Part shown: positions 41,490 to 51,563 of the stretch, piece after piece | Layout: each line of letters opens with the position of its first letter | Position numbering within the stretch: the first letter of the stretch is position 1 | Source: an uncultured Actinomycetes bacterium | Lineage (GTDB): Bacteria; Actinomycetota; Thermoleophilia; Gaiellales; JAICJC01 | Assembly: GCA_963708365.1 (NCBI GenBank) | Contig: CAVPSM010000011.1 | Location: forward strand, 67,606-131,605 | Length of the DNA: 64,000 nt | Direction of reading: 5' to 3' | Notes under the pieces: model-generated | Told to the model about the DNA's origin: nothing | Databases searched by the model: none | What the model saw: the letters and a program-made list of their open reading frames with translations, nothing else | Translations under genes and position numbers: made by a program

Positions 41490-43205
41490 TCAGGCGGCCC
41501 CGATATCCCGCGCCCAGGGGTAGTAGAGGTAGCAGAACGACGCCGGCGCGCCGGTGACGCGCGAGCTCATGAAGAGCGGCACCGCCGGGGAGACGAGCGG
41601 CAGGTTGGCCGGCTGCTCGGCGAGCACGCTCTGCGCCTTGATGACGAGCGCCGCCCGCTTGTTGTCGTCCGACTGCCCGATGGCCGCGTTCAGGGCCGAC
41701 GTGACCGTCGGGTTGTTGTAGTCGTTGTAGTTGTACGAGACGGCCGCGCCGGCCGGCTGGGGCGTCACCGTGTCGTAGAGGGTCTCCAGCGGCTCGGGGA
41801 TGTCGGCGTAGTTCTCGGACACGAACAGATCGATGCCCTTGCGCGCGTCCGACGAGAAGAACAGGTCGCCGTAGTCGTTCGGGTTGATCGCCTTGATCTG
41901 GATGTCGAGCCCGATCTTCTTGCCCGCGTCCTGGATGATCGACGCGATGTTGATGTAACGCTGGAACGACGCGCGGGTGCCGATCACGACCGTCCCGCTG
42001 GTGTCGCCCTTGGCGGCGAGCTTCTTCGCGGCGGCGACGTCAACCTTCGGCTGCGGGAGCCTGGCGTAGGCGGCCGCGGCCTGGGCGCGGGCGTACCCCC
42101 ACTGGGCCAGCGGCAGCTGCGTGTTCGGAAGCGGCGTCGCGGCGCCGTTGTAGACCGTCTGCGCGAGCGCCTTGCGGTCGACCGCCATGAGCAGCGCGCG
42201 GCGGATGTTGATGTCCGCCATCGGCCCCGTCGTGGTCGAGATGTAGATGACGGTGAAGAGCATGCTCTTGCCCAGGTAGAGCTTCCCGGCCGACGACGAC
42301 TTGAGCTGGTTCAGACCGCTGTAGGGCGTGTGGTAGGCGCCGTCGATCTCGCCGCTCAGAAGCCCGGTCGTCATCGTGGACTCCTCCGGGATGAAGCTGA
42401 ACTGGATCGCCTTCGTCATGGGCGCGTGCGCCGAGTCCCAGTAGGCGTCGTTGCGGGCCAGGGCGATGTTCGCGCCCTGGTTCCAGCCGGTGAACTTGAA
42501 CGGCCCTGTGCCGACCGGGCCGGCGGCGGGCGTGCCGTAGTTCTTGCCCTTCGCCTTCACGTAGGCCTCCGGGCCGACTCCGCCGGCGGGCGTCGACATG
42601 AGCCCCGGGAACGTGACGTCAGCGCGCTTCATCCGCACCGTCACCTCCCACGGACCGGTCTGGTCGACGCTCTTCACGTTGCTGAAGGCGAAGAACCAGT
42701 AGGAGTTCGGGTTCTGATTCCGCTTCAGGCTGTAGATGACATCAGCGGTCGTCATCGGGGTGCCGTCGTGGAACTTCACACCCTGGCGGATCGTGTAGAC
42801 GTGGGTGAGGTCGTCGGCGAGCTTGTACGACTCGGCCAGCGACGGGATGATGTCGAACTGCGGCGTGAGCCGCATCAGGCACTCGGTCACGTTGGTGACG
42901 ACCGTGTTCTCCTCGTAGTTGTACGAGTAGATCCAGTCGAGCGAGGACGGCTCGTAGAAGAGCCCCCACTTCAGCTGGGCGAGCTCGCCGGTCGGGGCCG
43001 GCGTGGTGACCGCCGTGCCGATCTGGGTGACCCCCGCACCACCGCCCGAGACCGACACGCTCTTCGACGTGTTGCCGCAGGCGGCCGCGATCGCGGCGAT
43101 CGTCGGCACGGTCAGTCCGAGGGCGGCCCCCCGCCGGAACAGGTCGGATCGGGACAGCCCGTCCCGGGTCAACTCCTCGTACAGGTCGAAGCGATCCTCA
43201 GTCAT
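41490..43205 (-). CDS. ABC transporter substrate-binding protein, family 5 (peptide/nickel), Tat/lipoprotein signal
   Basis: Start chosen at MTEDRF. Twin-arginine-like SRSDLFRRGAALGLTVPTIAAIAAACG lipobox. SBP_bac_5-type body, e.g. YTIRQGVKFHDGTPMTTADVIYS. Confidence 0.85.
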   Translation of the reverse strand: MTEDRFDLYEELTRDGLSRSDLFRRGAALGLTVPTIAAIAAACGNTSKSVSVSGGGAGVTQIGTAVTTPAPTGELAQLKWGLFYEPSSLDWIYSYNYEENTVVTNVTECLMRLTPQFDIIPSLAESYKLADDLTHVYTIRQGVKFHDGTPMTTADVIYSLKRNQNPNSYWFFAFSNVKSVDQTGPWEVTVRMKRADVTFPGLMSTPAGGVGPEAYVKAKGKNYGTPAAGPVGTGPFKFTGWNQGANIALARNDAYWDSAHAPMTKAIQFSFIPEESTMTTGLLSGEIDGAYHTPYSGLNQLKSSSAGKLYLGKSMLFTVIYISTTTGPMADINIRRALLMAVDRKALAQTVYNGAATPLPNTQLPLAQWGYARAQAAAAYARLPQPKVDVAAAKKLAAKGDTSGTVVIGTRASFQRYINIASIIQDAGKKIGLDIQIKAINPNDYGDLFFSSDARKGIDLFVSENYADIPEPLETLYDTVTPQPAGAAVSYNYNDYNNPTVTSALNAAIGQSDDNKRAALVIKAQSVLAEQPANLPLVSPAVPLFMSSRVTGAPASFCYLYYPWARDIGAA

Positions 43206-43968
43206 CGTCCTCCCCCGTCCTCTCGACTCGTGACTGGCCGGCGTCGTCGGCGCCCATGACCAGGCTCGCGACACCGCGGATGTGATCGGTCATCGCCCGT
43301 TCCGCCCTCTCGGCGTCGCCCGCATCGATCGCGGCCAGGATGGCGCGATGGGCGTCGCGTGAGAGCCGCCGCCGCTCGGGCGTCTGCAGGTTGCGGCGGC
43401 GGGTCTGGTTCAGCACTTCCATCGACGTCTCCACGAGCTTCACGAGCACGTGGTTGCGGGTTGCCAATGCGATCGCGTGGTGGAACTGGGCGTCGAGGTC
43501 GGCCGCCCGCTCGGGATCCGCCTCCGACTCGAGCGCGACCGAGATCCGCTGCAGCCGCTGCACGTCGACGGCCGTCGCCCGCTCGGCGGCGCGGGCGGCG
43601 ATCGGCGGCTCGAGCGCCTCGCGGAAGTCAAGCAGCTCGGCCACCTCCCGGACGTTCTGGTTCAGGTAGCCGATGATCGCGCCGGTGAACTCCGACCGGT
43701 AGGGCCCCCGCACCTCGGTGCCGCGGCCCTGGCGGCGGGACACGAGACCCTTGAGCGCGAGCTCGTGGATCGCCTCGCGCACGAGGCCGCGCGACACGCC
43801 CAGGAGCTGGGCCAGCTCGCGCTCGGGCGGCAGCTTTCGCCCCGGCGCCAGCTCGCCCGAGACGATCATCGCCTCGAGGCGCGCGGCGACCGACTCCGAG
43901 AGGCGCACGGCCCGCGGGCTGAGCGCCCCCCAGTCGACTGCTGGAGCCGGATTCTCGGCCCCGCTCAC
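43198..43968 (-). CDS. GntR family transcriptional regulator, FadR/FCD subfamily; start uncertain (43968 or 43908)
   Basis: Winged HTH LPPERELAQLLGVSRGLVREAIHELALKGLVSRRQGRGTEV followed by an all-helical FCD-like domain. The ORF-track start at 44028 would bury the operator palindrome. Confidence 0.8.
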   Translation of the reverse strand: MSGAENPAPAVDWGALSPRAVRLSESVAARLEAMIVSGELAPGRKLPPERELAQLLGVSRGLVREAIHELALKGLVSRRQGRGTEVRGPYRSEFTGAIIGYLNQNVREVAELLDFREALEPPIAARAAERATAVDVQRLQRISVALESEADPERAADLDAQFHHAIALATRNHVLVKLVETSMEVLNQTRRRNLQTPERRRLSRDAHRAILAAIDAGDAERAERAMTDHIRGVASLVMGADDAGQSRVERTGEDDD

Positions 43969-43997
43969 CGTCAGGCGGTGTGGTAGGGTTGCCGCAT

Positions 43998-44008
43998 TGG
44001 TCGGACCA
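43998..44008. promoter_or_regulatory. FadR-type operator candidate TGGTCGGACCA in the gntR / acyl-CoA synthetase divergent region
   Basis: Perfect palindrome TGGTC-G-GACCA. FadR-subfamily GntR regulators typically bind TGGT-N(x)-ACCA type sites. Confidence 0.5.
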
Positions 44009-44064
44009 TCCGACCGCGAACGTATCACCCACGTCCGCTCGCGTCAACCGTCATCATCACGTCC

Positions 44065-45565
44065 GTGACGAAGCACCCCGAACCGCTCCTCGAGCTGATC
44101 CACCCGGACGGGGCGCGGCCGGCGCTCGTGTGTCCCGACGACGGCGAGCGTGTCACGCATGCCGAGCTGCGGGAGCGGGCGACGGCGATCGCGGCCCGGC
44201 TGCGGGCGGCCGGGGTCGACCGCGGCGGGCGGGTGGCGATCGTGCTTCCCAACGGCCCGGAGATCGTCGAGGTGCTGCTCGGGGTGGCCGCTGCCGGCGC
44301 GGCGGCGGCACCGCTCAACCCGGCCTACACGGAGCCGGAGTACCGCTTCTACCTCGACGACCTCGCCCCGCAGCTGCTCGTGGTCGGTGCGGGCGCAGCC
44401 CCGGCCGCGCGGGCCGCCGCCGACGGGATCCCGGTCGTCGAGGTCACGCCGCGCGAGGGCGCCGAGCCGCTGCTCACCCGCGACGGCGCCGAGCTCCCGG
44501 CGCACGGCGACGGCGCGAACGGCGGCGGCCGAGGACGTCGCGCTCCTGCTGCACACGAGCGGGACGACCTCGCGGCCGAAGCAGGTGCCGCTGCTCCAGC
44601 GCAACCTGACCTCGCAGGCGCGCTCGATCGCCGCTCACTACGGGCTCTCCGGAGACGACGTGTCGTACTGCGCGATGCCGCTGTTCCACGTCCACGGGTT
44701 GGTCGCCTCGACGCTGGCCCAGCTCGCGGCCGGCGGCACGGTGGTGGTGCCCCGGCGGTTCAGCCCGCGCCGGTTCTGGGCTCAGGCGGAGGCGCACGGC
44801 ATCACGTGGGTCTCAGCCGGGCCGACGCTCCACCAGATGATCCTCGACCAGCCCGGCACGACGCCGGCGACGCTGCGGTTCACCCGCTCGTGCAGCTCGG
44901 CGCTCTCGCCGCGGCTGATGCACGAGGCCGAAGGCCGCTACGGCGTCCCCATGATCGAGGCGTACGGGATGACGGAGGCGGGCCACCAGATGACCTCGAA
45001 TCCGCTCCCGCCCGCCGCCCGGCGCGAGGGCTCCGTCGGCATCTCGGCCGGCGCGGAGATCCGGGTCGTCGACCCGCAGGGCCACGACGTCGCCCCGGGC
45101 GCGTCTGGCGAGGTGGCCATCCGCGGCCCCGGCGTCACGCCCGGCTACCTGAACAACGAGCGCGCCAACGCCGAGGCGTTCTTCGACGGGTGGTTCCGCA
45201 CCGGCGACGAAGGGACCCTCGAGGACGGCTACCTCCGGCTGCGCGGGCGCCTCAAGGAGATGATCATCCGCGGCGGCGAGAACATCTCGCCCCACGAGAT
45301 CGAGGCGGTGCTGCTCTCCCACCCCGACGTCGGCGAGGCGGTCGTGTTCGGCGTCGACGACGACAAGTACGGCCAGACGGTGGCCGCGGCGGTCGTCCTC
45401 ATCGGGTCGACGAACGCGGACGAGTTGCGCGCGCACGCGCGCAAGTCGCTGGCAGCGTTCAAGGTGCCGGACACGATCCACGTCCTGGCCGAGATCCCCA
45501 AGACGCCGACCGGGAAGGTGCAGCGCTCGCGGATGCCGGCGCACCTGGCGGGCGGCGGCTCGTGA
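44065..45565 (+). CDS. AMP-dependent synthetase/ligase (acyl-CoA synthetase family), one frameshift near 44520
   Basis: The N-part is in ORF 44065 (THAELRERATAIAARLRAAGVDRGGRVAIVLPNGPE). The remainder is in ORF 44150 with AMP-binding motif LLHTSGTTSRPKQV, YGMTEAG, TGDEG and the final PKTPTGKVQR. Confidence 0.8.
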
Positions 45566-46533
45566 GGTTCGCCGTCCTCGGCGCGGGGGCGATCGGCGCC
45601 TACGTGGGGGCGGCGCTCGACCGCGGCGGCGCGGACGTCGTGCTGATCGCCCGCGGCCCGCACCTGCGGGCCATGGCCGAGCACGGCGTGAGGGTCCAGA
45701 GCCCCCGTGGTGACTTCGAGGCGCATCCGGAGGCCACCGACGACATCGCGGCGATCGCAGCGGCCGACGTCGTCGTCCTCGGGCTCAAGTCGTACGGGCT
45801 GCCGGAGATGGCGCCGCGGATCGGCGAGCTGCTGCGGCCCGGCGCCGTGGTGGTGTTCGCCCAGAACGGCGTCCCCTGGTGGTACTTCCAGGACGTCGCC
45901 GGCGACCTCGCCGGTCGCACGCTCGAGAGCGTCGACCCCGGGGCGATCGTGACCCGGTCGATCGCCTCCGAGCACGTCGTCGGCTGCGTCGTCTACTGCG
46001 CGACCGAGATCGTGGCACCCGGCGTCATCCGCCACATCGAGGGGACGCGGTTCACGATCGGGACGCCCGGCGGGGAGCGCACCGACGCGTGCCGCGCAAT
46101 CGCCCAGGCGTTCGTCGCCGGCGGCCTCAAGTGCCCGATCGAGGACGACCTGCGCCCGCAGATCTGGCTGAAGCTGGTCGGAAACGCCGCGTTCAACCCT
46201 CTCACCACCGTCACCCGGGCGACGCTCGGCGGCCTCGGCACGTCGCCGTCGGCCACCGCCTTCGCCCGCACCGTGATGGAGGAGTGCGCCGCGGTGGCCG
46301 GCGCGCTGGGGATCGAGCTGCCGGTGTCGCTCGACCGCCGGCTCGAGGCCGGTCTCGCCGTCGGCGACCATCGCACGTCCATGCTGCAGGACTGGGAGGC
46401 CGGGAAGCCGCTCGAGACCGGCTGCATGACGGGCGCCGTCGTCGAGATCGCCGACATGGTCGGCGTCCCCATCCCCAACACCCGAGCGCTGCACGAGCTC
46501 ACAAACGCCGTCGAGGAGCTGCGAGATGCCTGA
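45562..46533 (+). CDS. 2-dehydropantoate 2-reductase family (PanE/ApbA-like) oxidoreductase
   Basis: The GTG start overlaps the upstream stop (GTGA). Rossmann motif RFAVLGAGAIGAYVGAAL, and KLVGNAAFNPLTTV and SMLQDWEAGKPLE motifs of ketopantoate reductase family. Confidence 0.8.
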   Translation: MRFAVLGAGAIGAYVGAALDRGGADVVLIARGPHLRAMAEHGVRVQSPRGDFEAHPEATDDIAAIAAADVVVLGLKSYGLPEMAPRIGELLRPGAVVVFAQNGVPWWYFQDVAGDLAGRTLESVDPGAIVTRSIASEHVVGCVVYCATEIVAPGVIRHIEGTRFTIGTPGGERTDACRAIAQAFVAGGLKCPIEDDLRPQIWLKLVGNAAFNPLTTVTRATLGGLGTSPSATAFARTVMEECAAVAGALGIELPVSLDRRLEAGLAVGDHRTSMLQDWEAGKPLETGCMTGAVVEIADMVGVPIPNTRALHELTNAVEELRDA

Positions 46534-48121
46534 GCCCGCCCACGGCGGCGGCTATGCCGTCGCCTCCCCCCACGCCGACGCGACCGAGGCCGGAAGGGCC
46601 GCCTTCGCCGCCGGCGGAAACGCCGTCGACGCCGCCCTGGCCGCGGCCTGCGCCCTGACCGTCGTCTACCCGCACATGTGCGCGGTGGGCGGCGACATCA
46701 TGGCCCTCGTCCACGACGGCGAGGCCCACACGATCAACGCCAGCGGCCGCGCCCCGGCCTCGGCGCCGGCCGGTGCCGAGGTGCCCGAGCGGGGCGTCGG
46801 CACAATCACGGTGCCCGGCGCCGTCTCGGCCTGGCACGCGATGGCCGAGCGCTGGGGGTCGCGGCCGGCGTCGGCGGCGATCGAGGTGGCGGCCCAGCTG
46901 GCCGAGACCGGCGTGCCCGTGGCCCGGTCGCTGGCCGGGGCGCTGGTCGAGGAAGCCGACCTGGTGGCCGCGGATCCCGGCATGCGCGAGGTCTTCTCGT
47001 CCGAGGGCCGTGTGCTGCGGATGGGCGACACCCTCGTCCAGCCGGCGCTCGCCGCGACCCTGCGGCGGCTGGCGGCGAACGGCGCCGACGAGCTCTACCG
47101 CGGCGAGACCGGCGCGCGCCTGGTCGCGGGCCTGGCCGCCCTGGGCTGCCGGCTGACGACGGAGGACCTCGCCGCCCACCGGGCCGACATCGAGCGTGCG
47201 CTCCGGCTGACGATCGGCGATCTCGAGCTCAACACGATGGGCGCGAACTCACAGGGGTTCTGTCTGCTGCAGATCATGGCGACCGTCGCGCACCTCGGCC
47301 TCGACGATCCGCTCGGCGGCAGGGGCGCCGATGCTCGCGAGCCGTCTTCCGCGAGTCGGCCCGCGACCGCGACACCTACCTCGCCGACCCGGCCGCGATG
47401 ACGCGCCCGGTCGAGTCGCTGCTGACGCCGGAGCACATCGCAGGCCTGGCCCAGCAGGCGGCCTCCTCGGTCGCCCGGCCCGAGGTGACGACGCCGGCTC
47501 ACGGCGACACGATCGCGGTCGTCGCCGCCGATGCGACCGGCCTCTCGGTCTCGCTGATCCAGAGCATCTTCGCCGGGTTCGGGTCCGGCGTTCTCGAGCC
47601 GGAGACCGGCATCCTGCTGCACAACCGCGGAGCCTGCTTCTCGTCCGACCCGACCAGCCCGAACGCGATCGGCCCGGGCAAGCGGCCCCTGCACACGCTG
47701 ATGCCGCTCATCGGGACGACGGACGGCCGCCCGACCTGGGTGGCGGGGACGATGGGCGGCCGCGCGCAGGCCCAGATCCACGCCCAGCTGCTGCTGCGGC
47801 GGCGGGCGGGCGGCGACGTGGTGACAGCCGTCTCGGCGCCGCGCATGATCGTCGGCGACCTCGAGATCGGCGGCCGCGAAGTCGCCGTCGAGGAGGACTT
47901 CGCGACCGCGCGCGACGCCTTCGCGCGGGCCGGGTGTCGAGCCGGCCGTGATGCCGCGGCTGAGCGAGGACGCCGGGCACGCCCACGCCATCGTCCCCGT
48001 CGGCGACGGAACGTTCGAGGCCGCGTCCGACCCCCGCAGCGATGGGGCGGCGGTCTGCTCGTCGAGCGCCGCGCGGCCGACCCGCTGCTCGACGTCGCCG
48101 GCCTGCACGTCGAGCTCGTGA
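46526..48121 (+). CDS. ggt: gamma-glutamyltransferase family protein, at least 2 frameshifts; 3' end uncertain
   Basis: ASPHADATEAGRAAFAAGGNAVDAALAAACALTVVYPHMCAVGGD. Autoprocessing/nucleophile region HGDTIAVVAADATGLSVSLIQSIFAGFGSGV. PGKRPLHTLMP; MGGRAQAQ. The C-terminal AASDPRSDGAAV is in a third frame. Confidence 0.8.
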
Positions 48122-49083
48122 TCGGAGGGCAGCTGCGCCCCGTGATCCACGAGGTGTCGCTGCAGATCCGCGCGGGCGAGGCGGTCGGGCTCGTAGGCGA
48201 GTCCGGCTCGGGCAAGTCGATGACCGCGCGTGCGATCGCGCGGCTGCTGCCGGCGGGGGCGAGCGTCTCGGGCGACATCACCTTCGGCGGCCGCCGGGTG
48301 CTCGACATGGGTGCGCGCGAGCTGCGCGCGTACCGAACGGACGGGATCGCGATGATCTTCCAGGACCCACGGGCGCACACGAACCCGGTTCGCCGCATCG
48401 GCGACTTCCTCACCGAAGCGCTGCGGACGTCGAAGGGCGTCCGCGAGGACGAGGCCAAGCGGCGAGCCGTGGCGACGCTGGCCGAGGTCGGCATCGACGA
48501 CGGCGCCCGCCGCCTGCGCCAGTTCCCGCACGAGCTCTCCGGCGGGATGCTGCAGCGGGTGATGATCGCGGCCGCGCTGCTGTCGGAGCCGCAGCTGCTG
48601 CTTGCGGACGAGCCGACCACCGCCCTCGACGTCACCACCCAATCCGAGGTGATGGCGATCCTCGACGACCTGCGCCGCGACCGCGGCCTGGCGATGCTCT
48701 TCATCACCCACGACCTCGAGCTGGCCGGCGCGGTATGCGACCGCACCTGCGTGATGTATGCCGGGTCGATCGTCGAGCAGCAGTCGAGCGCCGGCCTGAA
48801 CTCCGACCCCCTCCACCCCTACACGGCCGCCCTGCTCGCCGCCCGGCCACGGCTGGACGCCGCGTCGGGCCGCCTGGCCGCCATCGCGGGGCGGCCCCGA
48901 TCGGCGTTCGAGGCGCCGGAGGGGTGCGCGTTTGCCGACCGCTGCCCCTACCGCGAGCCACGGTGCACTGCCGAGCAGCAGCAGCTGCGGCCGCTTGGCG
49001 CCGGCCTGGTGCGCTGCCGCCGGGCCGAAGAGGTGCACGCGGGCCTGCGCGCCCTCCACGACGAGGCGGGTGCCCGTGGCTAG
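48055..49083 (+). CDS. peptide ABC transporter ATP-binding protein (DppD/OppD-like); start codon unclear
   Basis: Walker A GESGSGKSMTARAI, LSGGMLQRVMIAAAL, LLLADEPTTALD, C-terminal oligopeptide-type extension PLHPYTAALLAA...CAFADRCPY. Confidence 0.85.
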   Translation: MLVERRAADPLLDVAGLHVELVIGGQLRPVIHEVSLQIRAGEAVGLVGESGSGKSMTARAIARLLPAGASVSGDITFGGRRVLDMGARELRAYRTDGIAMIFQDPRAHTNPVRRIGDFLTEALRTSKGVREDEAKRRAVATLAEVGIDDGARRLRQFPHELSGGMLQRVMIAAALLSEPQLLLADEPTTALDVTTQSEVMAILDDLRRDRGLAMLFITHDLELAGAVCDRTCVMYAGSIVEQQSSAGLNSDPLHPYTAALLAARPRLDAASGRLAAIAGRPRSAFEAPEGCAFADRCPYREPRCTAEQQQLRPLGAGLVRCRRAEEVHAGLRALHDEAGARG

Positions 49084-49908
49084 CCCTGTTCTCGAGGTGG
49101 AGCGGCTGCGCAAGGTGTTCCGCGTGCGCGGCGCGGCCCGCGGCGAGGAGATCGTCGCCGTCGACGACGTCAGCTTCACCGTCGGGGAGGGCGAGTCGCT
49201 GGCCGTCGTCGGCGAGTCCGGGCTCGGGCAAGACGACGCTCGCCAGGATGCTGGTCGGCCTGGAGACGCCGACGTCAGGCCGCATCGCCGTGGCCGGCGC
49301 CGACCGCAGCACGCCCGCCCGGCGCACATCCGAGCGGCGCCGGCGCGGCCGCGAGACCCAGATCGTGTTCCAGGATCCCTACAGCTCCCTCGACCCCCGC
49401 CAGACGCCGGCGTCATGCATCGACGAGGTGCTGCGGCTGCACTTCGACCGGAAGGCGGACGAGCGCGCGCGCCCGGGTGGCGGAGCTGGCCGACCAGGTC
49501 GGCCTGGACGACCGCCAGCTGCACGCGCTCCCCGGCGCGCTCTCGGGCGGCCAGCGCCAGCGGGTCGCGATCGCCCGCGCCCTCGCGGCAGAGCCCCGCG
49601 TGCTGCTGCTCGACGAGGCCGTCGCCTCCCTGGACGTGTCGATCCAGGCCCAGATCCTGAACCTGCTCGCCGACATCCGCGCGGCGACCGGGATCAGCTA
49701 CGTCCTGATCAGCCACGACCTGGCCGTCGTCCGCCAGATCACGGACGCGACGATCGTCATGCAGCGCGGTGTCGCCGTCGAACAAGGTACGACTACCGAC
49801 ATCCTCGACGCGCCAAAGCATCCGTACACCCGACTTCTGCGCGGCAGCGTGCCCGGCCCCGGGTGGAAGCCCGTGCGCCGCAGCCGCAATGGCGGCGCCG
49901 AGAGCTGA
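49076..49908 (+). CDS. peptide ABC transporter ATP-binding protein (DppF/OppF-like), at least 2 frameshifts (one inside the Walker A)
   Basis: VLEVERLRKVFRV...VSFTVGEGESLAVVGESG runs in one frame, then SGKTTLARMLVGLETPTSGRI in another. The intact C-half has LSGGQRQRVAIARAL, LLLDEAVASLD and HPYTRLL. Confidence 0.8.
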
Positions 49909-49909
49909 G

Positions 49910-51316
49910 ATGAGCGCGGCGGGAACGGCGGAACTGGAGGCGCGCTACCGCGCGCGCAGCCTATGGCTCGACGGGATCGAGTCGTCCCTGGCGCCACGGC
50001 CGCCGCTGCCCGGCGACGTCGACTGCGATGTCGCGATCGTCGGCGCCGGCTTCACCGGCCTGTGGGCGGCGTACCACCTGGCCCGGGCGCAGCCGGACAT
50101 GCGCATCGTCGTCTGCGAGCGCGAGATCGCCGGGTTCGGGCCGTCGGGCCGCAACGGCGGCTGGGTGTCGGGCGGGCTGATCGGGAGCGCGGACACCTAC
50201 GCGCGCGAAGCCGGCCAGGATGCCGTCCTGCGGGCCTACCGCGAGACGTACGCCGCGGTCGACCACGTCGGCGAGGCCGTCGAGCGCGAGGGCATCGACT
50301 GCGGCTTCCGCAAGGGCGGGTCGCTGTTCGTCGCGACGACGCAGCCCCAGCTGGCCCGGCTGCGGGCGCGGCAGCACGAGCTCGACGTGGCCGGGCTGGG
50401 CGAGGAGGACTCGCGGTTGCTCGGGGCTGCGGAATCGAATGCCGTCGTCGGGGTCGAGGGTTGCCTCGAGGCGTCGTATTCGCCCCATTGCGCGCGCGTC
50501 GACCCGGCCCGGCTCGTCCGCGGCCTGGCCGAGGCCTGCGAGCGGCTCGGCGTCGCGATCTACGAGCGCACGCCCGTCACCGAGGTCGAGCCGCGCCGGC
50601 TGGGGACGGAGCACGGCAGCGTCTGCGCCGATGCCGTCCTCCAGGCGACGGAGTCCTACTCGGTGCAGCTGCCCGGCCAGCACCTGCGCTACCTGCCGCT
50701 CTACTCGCTGATGATCGCCACCGAGCCGCTGCCCCAGCACGTCTGGGACGAGATCGGCTGGACGGACGGCGTCCTCGTCAGCGACATGCGCCACCTCTTC
50801 TTCTACGCGCAGCGCACCCGCGACGGCCGGATCGCGATCGGCGGCCGCGGCGCGCCGTACCGGCTGAGCCGTCCGATCGCCGACGAGAACGAGCGCAACG
50901 CCGAGGTGCGGGCGCGGCTCGAGCGGGTGATCCGGCGCCACTTCCCCGCTGCAGCGTCGGCCAGGATCACGCACCACTGGGGCGGGCCGCTCGGCGTCCC
51001 CCGCGACTGGTCGATGGCCGTGCACTTCGACCGCGAGACCGGGTTCGGCTGGGCGGGCGGCTATGCCGGCCACGGCGTCGTCGCCGCGAACATCGCCGGA
51101 CGCACCCTCGCCGATCTGGTGCTGGGCCGCGACACCGCCCTCGTGCATCTGCCCTGGGTGGGGCATCGCAGCCGCCGGTGGGAGCCGGAGCCGCTGCGCT
51201 TCGTCGCCTCCCGCGCGATCGTGCGCATCCTCGGCAGCGCCGACCGCAGCGAGGACGCGACCGGCAAACCGGCGCGGCGCACCCGCCTCCTCGCGCCCGT
51301 CCTGCCGCCGCACTGA
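49910..51316 (+). CDS. FAD-dependent oxidoreductase, DAO family (gamma-glutamylputrescine-oxidase/PuuB-like architecture)
   Basis: Dinucleotide fold CDVAIVGAGFTGLWAAYHL, about 470 aa, GYAGHGV near the C-terminus. The ATG is 1 nt after the dppF-like stop. Confidence 0.8.
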   Translation: MSAAGTAELEARYRARSLWLDGIESSLAPRPPLPGDVDCDVAIVGAGFTGLWAAYHLARAQPDMRIVVCEREIAGFGPSGRNGGWVSGGLIGSADTYAREAGQDAVLRAYRETYAAVDHVGEAVEREGIDCGFRKGGSLFVATTQPQLARLRARQHELDVAGLGEEDSRLLGAAESNAVVGVEGCLEASYSPHCARVDPARLVRGLAEACERLGVAIYERTPVTEVEPRRLGTEHGSVCADAVLQATESYSVQLPGQHLRYLPLYSLMIATEPLPQHVWDEIGWTDGVLVSDMRHLFFYAQRTRDGRIAIGGRGAPYRLSRPIADENERNAEVRARLERVIRRHFPAAASARITHHWGGPLGVPRDWSMAVHFDRETGFGWAGGYAGHGVVAANIAGRTLADLVLGRDTALVHLPWVGHRSRRWEPEPLRFVASRAIVRILGSADRSEDATGKPARRTRLLAPVLPPH

Positions 51317-51331
51317 GGCCGGCATGACCAG

Positions 51332-51413
51332 TGCGGGCGAGAGGACTCGAACCTCCACGGCCAGGGCCACCGGCTCCTAAGGCCGGCGCGTCTACCAGTT
51401 CCGCCACGCCCGC
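51332..51413 (-). tRNA. tRNA-Leu (anticodon TAG)
   Basis: Reverse complement GCGGGCGTGGCGGAACTGGTAGACGCGCCGGCCTTAGGAGCCGGTGGCCCTGGCCGTGGAGGTTCGAGTCCTCTCGCCCGCA. Class II tRNA with a long variable arm and anticodon loop CTTAGGA. Confidence 0.9.
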
Positions 51414-51442
51414 GCGTGGGCAAGTATCCTACGGCCCAACGC

Positions 51443-51517
51443 GGTGGCCGTAGCTCAGCTGGTGGTAGCCCCTGGTTGTGGTCCAGGAGGACGTGGGTTC
51501 GAGTCCCACCGGTCACC
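51443..51517 (+). tRNA. tRNA-His (anticodon GTG) with encoded G-1
   Basis: GGTGGCCGTAGCTCAGCTGGTGGTAGCCCCTGGTTGTGGTCCAGGAGGACGTGGGTTCGAGTCCCACCGGTCACC. Anticodon stem CCTGG/CCAGG, loop TTGTGGT, extra 5' G opposite discriminator C. Confidence 0.85.
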
Positions 51518-51563
51518 CCTCGCACGAACCGCTCGAACCACTGGGTCTCCAGACGGGGGAGTG

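Noticed and set aside
40800-43259. 819-aa forward ORF opposite the substrate-binding protein and permease genes
   Set aside because: Antisense shadow ORF. The reverse-strand SBP has a signal peptide, a lipobox and a family-5 body.
44065-46533. Apparent single 822-aa protein that would fuse an acyl-CoA synthetase to a PanE-like reductase
   Set aside because: Only the first about 150 and last about 320 residues are meaningful. The middle is out-of-frame read-through, since the real synthetase body is in ORF 44150..45565. This is two genes with a GTGA overlap at 45562-45565 plus one frameshift, not a fusion.
47095-49821. 908-aa reverse ORF across ggt and the two ABC ATPase genes
   Set aside because: It is antisense to genes with Walker A/B and GGT motifs. 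Its sequence is Arg/Gly/Ala low complexity.
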